The notes under the pieces are model-generated. The model made no database searches. It was not told the origin of the DNA and saw nothing but the letters and a program-made list of their open reading frames with translations. Shown one piece after another: positions 13,159-20,371 of a stretch of DNA of 64,000 nucleotides (position 1 is the stretch's first letter; every line of letters begins with the position of its first letter). Location: NCBI GenBank assembly GCA_963741945.1, contig CAVUKA010000001.1:544001-608000 (forward strand). The letters are read 5' to 3'. A program made the translations under genes and the position numbers. The stretch comes from an uncultured Gemmatimonadales bacterium (lineage in GTDB: Bacteria; Gemmatimonadota; Gemmatimonadetes; Longimicrobiales; RSA9).

Positions 13159-13619
13159 TCGGGCCGCGCGGCTGAAAACGAAGTCGGGTCGACTAGTCAA
13201 CAGCGCGAGAGAGGGCACGGGTCGAGTTCACTCGTCTTTCCGCCACTAACTCGATATGGAGCCGTTCCCCGCCGGGGCCGCCCCGTCGACTTCAGTGCGT
13301 TTTCCGCACTGGAATTGACAGAAGGCGCCGCCGACGCGCGCGGGAGGTCGAGTTGATGGCCGCTGATGGCTGCGGCCGGCCGAGGCGGGAGCGAGCCGCC
13401 GAGCCGCGCCGGTCGGGCCCGGGCGAAGGGCGTAGCGGTGGACGCCCCCGGTGAGTCGCGCCGGTCGGGCCCGGGCGAGGGGCGAAGCGGTCGGCTCGGC
13501 GGCCGGTGAGCGGTTCTGTCCGCGCGGTGAAACCGACGTCAACTCGACCAGTCGAGGGGCCGCGGAAGTGTGTTTGTCACCTCGTTGGCGGATTCCGCCA
13601 CCAACTCGACCGTGCCCTC
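13159..13619. repeat. Array of six degenerate 35-bp palindromic units (REP/BIME-like) with nested inverted repeats
   Basis: Units at 13159-13193 (inverted), 13221-13255, 13285-13319, 13347-13381, 13514-13548 (inverted) and 13576-13610 share GTCGA(G/C)TT.. / ..AACTCGAC ends, usually with a central TTTC. Outer inverted repeat is 13211-13228 / 13603-13619. Confidence 0.7.
13401..13491. repeat. 39-bp direct repeat, 2 copies, period 52 bp
   Basis: GAGCCGCGCCGGTCGGGCCCGGGCGAAGGGCGTAGCGGT (13401-13439) versus GAGTCGCGCCGGTCGGGCCCGGGCGAGGGGCGAAGCGGT (13453-13491); 36/39 identical. Confidence 0.85.
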
Positions 13620-13621
13620 GG

Positions 13622-13734
13622 GACCTCCGACCTCCGACCTCCGACCTCCGACCTCCGACCTCCGACCTCCGACCTCCGACCTCCGACCTCCGACCTCCGA
13701 CCTCCGACCTCCGACCTCCGACCTCCCGACCTCC
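13622..13734. repeat. Heptanucleotide tandem repeat (GACCTCC)x16
   Basis: 15 perfect copies at 13622-13726, one extra C, then a 16th copy; ends 5 bp from the MBL hydrolase stop codon. Confidence 0.98.
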
Positions 13735-13739
13735 GTCGC

Positions 13740-14633
13740 CTACATCAGTGTGGGCCGTTTGGCCGTGGGGTCGAGCCGCCCCCAGGGGATGGCCGGGTCG
13801 TGCTGGAAGAAGAGCAGCCATTCCTCGCGGGTGGCGCGATCGAGGAGATCGCGCTTGGTCTCGAGCGTGACCAGCGGCTCGAGGTCGTAGCCCATGATCC
13901 AGGGGAGGGGGAGGTGGGCGGAGGTGGGGACCAGGTCGGCGAGGAAGCAGCCGGTCTCGCCGGCCGAGCGGATGATGATGGAGTGATGGTGCGGCGTGTG
14001 GCCGGGCGTGGGCAGGACGCTGACGCCTTCCACGACGTCCGCCTCCCCGTCGACGAGCCTCCACAGCCCCGCCTCCGTGATCGGCTCGTAGTTCTGCTCC
14101 GTGTAGCTCGCGCGGATGCGCTCGTTCTGCCGGCCCGCGAACGACAGCTCCTTCTCCTGCACCACGTAGGTGGCAGCGGGGAACGCCGGGCGGATGCGGC
14201 CGTCCGGCTCCCGCAGCGCGTCGCCACCAGCGTGGTCGAAATGGAGGTGCGTGTTGAGGACGATGTCCACGTCCGCGGGCGAGTGCCCGGCCGCGCGGAT
14301 GGCGTCCTCGAGGCGGGTGGGCGTGCCACCATTATCCACGCCGTAGATTTCCCGGAACTTCTCGTCATCCTTGTTGCCGATCCCGGTATCCACCAGCACC
14401 AGCGCGTCCGGCGCCTCGATCAGGAGGCAGCGCAGCGCCAGCGGGATGCGGTTCCTCTCGTCGGCGGGGATGCGCCGCTCCCACAGCGGCTTCGGCACCA
14501 CGCCGAACATGGCGCCGCCATCCAGCCGCTGGAGCCCTGCTTCCAGCGCGTGGACGGTGATGTCGCCCACGCGTGTGGTGCGAACGAGCGGCATTTCCGC
14601 CGCGTTCTTCGGGATGTCGGGGATCACGCCCAT
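13740..14633 (-). CDS. MBL-fold metallo-hydrolase (YtnP-like)
   Basis: LDGGAMFGVVPKPLW, VDTGIG, THLHFDHAGG (HxHxDH), PGHTPHH and MGYD. Confidence 0.92.
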   Translation of the reverse strand: MGVIPDIPKNAAEMPLVRTTRVGDITVHALEAGLQRLDGGAMFGVVPKPLWERRIPADERNRIPLALRCLLIEAPDALVLVDTGIGNKDDEKFREIYGVDNGGTPTRLEDAIRAAGHSPADVDIVLNTHLHFDHAGGDALREPDGRIRPAFPAATYVVQEKELSFAGRQNERIRASYTEQNYEPITEAGLWRLVDGEADVVEGVSVLPTPGHTPHHHSIIIRSAGETGCFLADLVPTSAHLPLPWIMGYDLEPLVTLETKRDLLDRATREEWLLFFQHDPAIPWGRLDPTAKRPTLM

Positions 14634-15316
14634 TCCGGGTACTCCATGGATGTGGGAAGCGCCGAGCGCCTGGCGCGCGGCTTCTTCCGGGTCAGCAGAT
14701 CATCGAGCTCGCTCCACGTGTCCACGCCCTGCTCCTGGACCCGGTCCAGCAGCCGGACCAGCACCTCGACCGTGGCCAGCGCGTCGTCATAGGCGCGGTG
14801 GCGGCTCTCGCACGCGAGGCCGTAATGGTGGATGAGGGCGTCCAGCGAGCGACTGCGCAGATCCGGCAGCATCTTCCTGGCCAGCCGCACCGTACAGAGC
14901 ACCCGCCCCTTCGGTGCCGCGAAGTCTCCGCGCTTCATCTCCATCTCGATGAAGCGCAGGTCGAACGGCGCGTTGTGGGCCACGAACACGGCCCCGGCGA
15001 AGAGCTGCTGCAGGCGGGGCGCGACGTCCAGGAAGATCGGGGCATCAGCCACCATGTCGTCCGTGATGCCGGTGAGACGGGTGATGCTGCGGGGGATCGG
15101 CCGCAGCGGATTCACCATGGTCTCGAACGCATCCACCACCCGGCCGTGGCGGTCCACCCGGATGGCGGCGACCTCGGTCACGCGGTGTCCCCGCCCCGGG
15201 GACCCGCCGGTGGTCTCACAGTCCACCACCACGTAGGAGAGTGTGTGGAGCCGGGGGTCCCCGGAGCGGCCGGCCGACGGCTCCGGCGGTGGAAAGGCCG
15301 TGATCGCCCGGCTCAC
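14624..15316 (-). CDS. DEDDh 3'-5' exonuclease (DnaQ/PolC exonuclease-like)
   Basis: VVVDCETTG (ExoI), VAHNAPFD (ExoII) and HRAYDDA (ExoIII); GTG start overlaps the arcA stop. Confidence 0.9.
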   Translation of the reverse strand: MSRAITAFPPPEPSAGRSGDPRLHTLSYVVVDCETTGGSPGRGHRVTEVAAIRVDRHGRVVDAFETMVNPLRPIPRSITRLTGITDDMVADAPIFLDVAPRLQQLFAGAVFVAHNAPFDLRFIEMEMKRGDFAAPKGRVLCTVRLARKMLPDLRSRSLDALIHHYGLACESRHRAYDDALATVEVLVRLLDRVQEQGVDTWSELDDLLTRKKPRARRSALPTSMEYPEWA

Positions 15317-16560
15317 CAGGCGTCGTCCCGCTCCACGGGCATGGTCATGCAACGGGAGCCGCCGCCCCCGCGCACCAGCTCCGCGCCCTCGAACGTGAGG
15401 GCCACCCGCTCGTCGTCTTCCAGATCCACGTCCCCCGTGAGGAAGTCCATCCCGTCCACGATCCGGTACCCCGCCCGCCGCTCCATCTCCTCGAACGTCC
15501 GCTCGTTGCGCGAGTAGCCGAGCACCACACCCGGCCGCACCGCGACGAAGTTGCACCCACTCGACCACTGCTCGCGCTCCTGGAACGCCCGCCGCTCACC
15601 GCCACAGAAGATCGGCTCCAGCGGTACGTCCACCTCCCGCAGCGCGGCGAAGAGGTTGGGCATCTCCCGCATTCCCGCCGGGTGCCCCTTGCGGTAGTAG
15701 AGCACGGCGAAGCGGTCCGGCCCGACGAACGCGGGCGGGAAGATGACCGCGTGCTCACGATCGACCATGGTGAACACCATGTCCAGGTGGATCATGGCCC
15801 GATCCGTGGGGAGCACGACCACGATGATGTGCTCGATGCCGAAGTTGTCCGTCAACTGGTCCACGATGGCATCGAACGCACCGGCGCTCGAGCGCTGCGA
15901 CAGCCCCATCAGCACCGTGTCGTGCCTCAGCACGTGCACGTCACCCCCCTCCAGCGTGTATCCCACCCGCCGCTCTTCACTGCCGTCGTAGATCAGGCCG
16001 GCGTTCTGCAGCTCCGGGTGGAAAGTGAACAGGGACTTCATCAGGATCTCTTCCGTCCAGCGCACGGTGTAGCGCATGGACCCGATGATCACCCCTTCCC
16101 CCACCACCATCGAAGCGTCCCGCGTGTAGAACAGGTTCGGCAGCGGAGGGAGCGCGTACATGTCCGCGTTCAGCATCCTCGCCAGGGGCCCCGGCTCCAC
16201 GGCCCGCCCCTCCACGAACATGCTCACCAGCTCCTCCCCCGGAAGCTCCTGGAGGAACGCGCCCAGTGGCTCCGAGCGCGCCACGTCCATCACCCGCTCG
16301 ATCAGGAACGAGCGCGCGTCCGGCACTTCGATGATGTCGCTCAGGAGGTCCCGCACCTCGTACACGTCGGCGAAGCGCGACAGCACCGCCTTGAAGCGCT
16401 TGTGCTCCCGCACCGCCGCTTCCAGGTCGATGATGTCGTCGTACAGGAAGTCTTCCTTCGTGGTGGGCGTCACCGCCACCAGCTCGGGGCCTGGCGTGTG
16501 ACAGATCACCCGCCGCAATGCCCCGATCTCGCTCGTTACACGAACCCGCCGTTCCGCCAC
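15313..16560 (-). CDS. arcA: Arginine deiminase
   Basis: SEIGALRRV, FLYDD, PNLFYTRD, LEGGD, HLDMVF and ELVRGGGGSRCMTMP; AAGGAG RBS before the GTG at 16560. Confidence 0.93.
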   Translation of the reverse strand: MAERRVRVTSEIGALRRVICHTPGPELVAVTPTTKEDFLYDDIIDLEAAVREHKRFKAVLSRFADVYEVRDLLSDIIEVPDARSFLIERVMDVARSEPLGAFLQELPGEELVSMFVEGRAVEPGPLARMLNADMYALPPLPNLFYTRDASMVVGEGVIIGSMRYTVRWTEEILMKSLFTFHPELQNAGLIYDGSEERRVGYTLEGGDVHVLRHDTVLMGLSQRSSAGAFDAIVDQLTDNFGIEHIIVVVLPTDRAMIHLDMVFTMVDREHAVIFPPAFVGPDRFAVLYYRKGHPAGMREMPNLFAALREVDVPLEPIFCGGERRAFQEREQWSSGCNFVAVRPGVVLGYSRNERTFEEMERRAGYRIVDGMDFLTGDVDLEDDERVALTFEGAELVRGGGGSRCMTMPVERDDAW

Positions 16561-16613
16561 AGACCGCTCCTTGCCCCCGAGGCCTCCCCCACGACACCGC
16601 CCGCCTGCCCGCC

Positions 16614-17249
16614 CTACCCGTCTTCTGCGCCCCCCTGCGTCAACGCATACGACAGCCCCTCCATTTCCACCGTCATGTCCACCGTCTTCACCCACACTCC
16701 CTCCGGCACTTCCAGCCGCGTGGGCGCGAAATTCAGGATCCCGCGCACCCCGCAGCCCACCAGCCGGTCCACTACACCCTGCGCGTTCCGGGCCGGGACC
16801 GCCACCACCGCGATCTCGATTTCACGGTCCGACAGCACCCGCTCCAGCTCGGAATCCGGCTCCACCACCAGCCCGTTCCAGCGCTGTCCCACCTTGGAAG
16901 GGTCCGTATCGAACACCGCACGGAAGTCGAAGCCCTGGTGCCGGAAGTTCTCGTAGCCCAGCAGCGCAGCACCGATCCGCCCGGCGCCCACCAGTGCCAC
17001 CCCCCACCGCCGCTCCAGCCCCAGGATCGACCGCAGGTGCTGCTCCAGGTCGGTCACCCCGTAGCCCAGTCCACGCTTGCCGAACGTACCGAACAGCGAC
17101 AGGTCCTTGCGCACCTGCGCCGCCGACGTCCCACTCCGACGCGCCAGCTCCTCGCTCGAGACCGTCCCGACCCCCGCCTCGCCCATTTCCGTCAGCAGAC
17201 GCAGGTAGAGAGAAAGCCGAGCGATGGTCGGCTCCGATGCCTTTTTCAT
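16614..17249 (-). CDS. rex: Redox-sensing transcriptional repressor Rex
   Basis: TIARLSLYLR, SSEELA, QVRKDLSLFGTFGKRGLGY, GAGRIGAAL and GILNFAP. Confidence 0.98.
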   Translation of the reverse strand: MKKASEPTIARLSLYLRLLTEMGEAGVGTVSSEELARRSGTSAAQVRKDLSLFGTFGKRGLGYGVTDLEQHLRSILGLERRWGVALVGAGRIGAALLGYENFRHQGFDFRAVFDTDPSKVGQRWNGLVVEPDSELERVLSDREIEIAVVAVPARNAQGVVDRLVGCGVRGILNFAPTRLEVPEGVWVKTVDMTVEMEGLSYALTQGGAEDG

Positions 17250-17273
17250 TATGGAGGATCAAACCCGTGGGGC

Positions 17274-17291
17274 ATGTGAATTCGTTCACAA
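17274..17291. promoter_or_regulatory. Rex operator (ROP)
   Basis: ATGTGAA-TTCG-TTCACAA, one mismatch from the established TTGTGAA-N4-TTCACAA consensus, 25 bp upstream of rex. Confidence 0.85.
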
Positions 17292-17296
17292 ACAAC

Positions 17297-18133
17297 CTAC
17301 CCACGCCGGGAAACCGCGTCAAAAGCACCATCGGACGGGGGCAGTGCCCCGCGGATGCGGAAGGCGAGCGATTCGACCACGGGCCCATAGGGCGGCGAGA
17401 GGGCGAGCTCGCCGTCGAGGAGGGTGGCGACTCGGGCAGCGATGGCGAGGCGGAGCCCCGTGCGGAGCTCGGGATCGGCGTGCTGCGCCATGTCGATCGC
17501 GGTGCCGCGAATGTGGAGCGTTGCGCCGTCGTCGTGCGGCTCCACGTCGAGCTCGAGCGTGCTCCCGGCGGGGTGCTTGACGACGGAGGTAACGAGGAGG
17601 TCGAGCGCGCGCACGAGGTGGTCGCTGTCGGAGAGGACTGTGGGGAGCCGATCCGGCATGCGGACGAGGGCCTCCACGCCGCGTTCGGAGGCCTGGGTTC
17701 GGAACGCGTCGGCGACGGGAGCGAGGAGGCCGCCGAGGTGGACGGGGGCGCGCTGGACCGGGACATCGCCGGTGCGGAGGCGCGACAGGAGGACCACGCC
17801 GTCGATGAGGTGGAGCAGGTGGAGGGCGGAGCGGCCGATCCGCTCCACTGCGTCGGCGGCCTCGTCGTCGATGTCGCCGTAGGCGCCATCCTGGAGCAGC
17901 TCCTGGAACCCGAGGATGGCGGAGAGGGGCGAGCGGAGCTCGTGGCTGACCATGTCGAAGAAGGCGTCCCGGAAGTCGGCGGCCCGTGCGGCATCGCTGG
18001 AGCGGCGGAGTGCGTCCCGCAGCTCGACCTCGCGCAGTCGTGCGCGCCGCCGTTCGCGTGTGAGAGCGGCGGTGGCGGCGAGCGCGGCGAGGGCGAGGGC
18101 GGCGGCGAGGGCCAGGAGGGAGAGGAACGTCAT
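17297..18133 (-). CDS. Membrane-anchored HisKA-domain protein with degenerate HATPase domain
   Basis: N-terminal hydrophobic helix and intact H box (FFDMVSHELRSPLSAILGF). The C-terminal region has a kinase-like layout but the N, G1 and F boxes are eroded. Confidence 0.8.
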   Translation of the reverse strand: MTFLSLLALAAALALAALAATAALTRERRRARLREVELRDALRRSSDAARAADFRDAFFDMVSHELRSPLSAILGFQELLQDGAYGDIDDEAADAVERIGRSALHLLHLIDGVVLLSRLRTGDVPVQRAPVHLGGLLAPVADAFRTQASERGVEALVRMPDRLPTVLSDSDHLVRALDLLVTSVVKHPAGSTLELDVEPHDDGATLHIRGTAIDMAQHADPELRTGLRLAIAARVATLLDGELALSPPYGPVVESLAFRIRGALPPSDGAFDAVSRRG

Positions 18134-18143
18134 GGCCGGGTGC

Positions 18144-19559
18144 TCACGTGGCGGCGGCCGTGGCCGGGTCGGTCATGGCGGCGTCCTCGGCGCGAGCCAC
18201 GCGCCGTCCCTCGTCAACGTCCACGCGCCGGAGCAGGACGATCCCGACGATGAACAGGCCGATGATGGAGAGGATGCCGACGCGAGAGGAGCCGGTGAGC
18301 TGGGTGGCCACGCCCCAGATCACGGGCCCGAGGATCCCCGCCATCTTGTCGAAGACGCTGAAGAAGGCGAAGAACTCGGAAGACTTGGCTCTGGGGATCA
18401 TGGAGGCGAAGAGTCCGCGGCTGAGCGACTGGGCACCCCCCTGCACCATGCCCACGGCGAAGGCGAGCGCGAAGAAGTGCCAGGTCTTGGTGACGAAATA
18501 GCCGAAGATGGAGATTCCGGTGTAGACGGCAAGGGCCAGAATGATCCCGTTCTTGGTGCCGATGCGATCGGCCAGGGCGCCGAACGCGAACGTGAACGGG
18601 ACGCCCACGAACTGGACCAGGAGGAGCGCGCCGATGAGGGCGCCGTTGGGCAGGCCGATCTGACTGCCGTATGCGGTGGCCATCTTGATGATGGTGCCGA
18701 TCCCGTCACTGTAGAAGAAGAAGGCGACGAGGAGCAGCGCCAGCTGCCGGTACTGCCGCAGCTCGCCCACGGTCTCCGTCAGCCGGCGGAAGCCGATCCG
18801 CACCGGGTTGGGCCGCGCCCCGGCACGCCCGACCTCCCCGGGCTCGACCCGCCGGGGTGGCTCGGGCACGTTCCGCAGCACGGGGATGGAGAAGAGGAGC
18901 CACCACGCCGCCACGGTCGCGAACGCGGCGCGGGATGCGGCGGCGGCATCGGCGAGGCCGAACAGCTCCGGGTGGGTGAGCATGACGGCGTTCAGGACCA
19001 GCAGCAGCCCGCCGCCCACGTAGCCCATGGCCCAGCCGCCGGTGGTGACCCGATCCATCTCCCGGTCGGACGCGATGTGCGGGAGGAGGGAGTCGTAGAA
19101 GACAATGGAGCCGGTGAACCCGATGTTCCCGAAGATGTAGAGCGTCGAGGCGCGCACCCACTGCCCCGGACCCACGAACGCGAGCCCGAACGTGGCGACC
19201 ACGCCCAGGAGCATGAAGCCGGCCAGGAACCGCTTCTTCGCGCCCATGTAGTCGGCCATGGCGCCGAGGACGGGGGAGATCAGCGCGATGATGGCCAGCG
19301 CCGTGGCGGCCGTGTAGGCCCAGTAGGCCGCCGCCACGACTCCCGGCAGCGTGTTGCCGGCCACCTGCAGGTAGTAGATCGGCAGCACTGCGGCCATGAC
19401 GGTGGTGGCGAACGCGGAGTTCGCCCAGTCGTACATGGCCCAGCTGCGCAGCTCCCGCCGGTGCAGCCCCAGGGCGCGCAGCACGCCCCCGCTCTCCTGC
19501 CCCGTGGACGGCGACTTCGGCCCCGTCGGACGATCCGCGCTCACGCGCTCACGCGTCAC
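18144..19559 (-). CDS. MFS transporter (UMF1/Atg22-like)
   Basis: SWAMYDWANSAF, FYDSLLP, YSDGIGT, QSLSR and EFFAFF motifs; about 12 TM helices. Confidence 0.9.
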   Translation of the reverse strand: MTRERVSADRPTGPKSPSTGQESGGVLRALGLHRRELRSWAMYDWANSAFATTVMAAVLPIYYLQVAGNTLPGVVAAAYWAYTAATALAIIALISPVLGAMADYMGAKKRFLAGFMLLGVVATFGLAFVGPGQWVRASTLYIFGNIGFTGSIVFYDSLLPHIASDREMDRVTTGGWAMGYVGGGLLLVLNAVMLTHPELFGLADAAAASRAAFATVAAWWLLFSIPVLRNVPEPPRRVEPGEVGRAGARPNPVRIGFRRLTETVGELRQYRQLALLLVAFFFYSDGIGTIIKMATAYGSQIGLPNGALIGALLLVQFVGVPFTFAFGALADRIGTKNGIILALAVYTGISIFGYFVTKTWHFFALAFAVGMVQGGAQSLSRGLFASMIPRAKSSEFFAFFSVFDKMAGILGPVIWGVATQLTGSSRVGILSIIGLFIVGIVLLRRVDVDEGRRVARAEDAAMTDPATAAAT

Positions 19560-20364
19560 CGCGGGGATAGCCCCTGCGCCCGAGCAGGGCCGCGAGCTCG
19601 ACGAACCGCTCGGGCGACAGCCCTTCCGGTCGCGTCTCCGGCTCCACGCCCACTTCCCGCAGCACCGCCTCGGCGGCTGCCGCGTCCATCTCGTAGCCCC
19701 GGGCAGTGCGCAGGATCTTCTGCAGCTGCTTGCGACGCAGCCCGAACGCGGCGCGCGTCAGCGAACGCAACGCGCCACCCTGCCCGACCGCCGCGGGCTC
19801 CTCGCGAGGCCAGAGCCGGAGGACGGTGGAGTCCACGTTCGGCACGGGCCGGAAGGCGCCGCGGCCCACGCCGAACAGACGCTCCACCTCCGTCTGCGCG
19901 CGGACCCCCACGCTCAATGCGCCGTACGCCCGCGTCCCCGGAGCGGCCACGATCCGATCCGCCACTTCCTTCTGCACCATGAGGACGATCCGCTCCGGCC
20001 GGGGTTTCCATTCCAGGATCCGGAAGAGGATGGGGGACGTGATGTTGTACGGGATGTTCCCGACCACCTTGTACGGCGCGGCGTCGACCACCGGCCGCGG
20101 GTCCCATTCCAGGACGTCGCGGTGAACGATGGTGACGCCGGGATCGTCGTGATACTGCGCCGCGAGCCCCGCGGCCAGCTCGTCGTCCAGCTCCACGGCC
20201 ACCACGCGTCCTGCGGCGGGGACCAGGCGCTCCGTGAGCGCACCCCGCCCCGGGCCGATCTCCACCACCAGGTCGTCCGGACCCGGATCGAGCGCGGCCA
20301 CGATCTTCTGCTGGAGGTTGGGATCGACCAGGAAGTTCTGTCCCAGGGACTTCTTGGCGCGCAC
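19549..20364 (-). CDS. rsmA: 16S rRNA m6,2A dimethyltransferase KsgA
   Basis: AKKSLGQNFL, EIGPGRGALT, GNIPYNITS and MVQKEVA. Confidence 0.97.
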   Translation of the reverse strand: MRAKKSLGQNFLVDPNLQQKIVAALDPGPDDLVVEIGPGRGALTERLVPAAGRVVAVELDDELAAGLAAQYHDDPGVTIVHRDVLEWDPRPVVDAAPYKVVGNIPYNITSPILFRILEWKPRPERIVLMVQKEVADRIVAAPGTRAYGALSVGVRAQTEVERLFGVGRGAFRPVPNVDSTVLRLWPREEPAAVGQGGALRSLTRAAFGLRRKQLQKILRTARGYEMDAAAAEAVLREVGVEPETRPEGLSPERFVELAALLGRRGYPRGDA

Positions 20365-20371
20365 GGGCGCG

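Noticed and set aside
13159-13610. Canonical CRISPR array
   Set aside because: The units are too divergent, occur in both orientations, and have no AT-rich leader or cas genes in the window. Reported as a REP-like array instead.
13246-14064. ORFs through the heptamer repeat (GGRRSEV / PPTSDLR repeats)
   Set aside because: These are translation artefacts of a stop-free 7-bp repeat, and they overlap the real MBL hydrolase gene.
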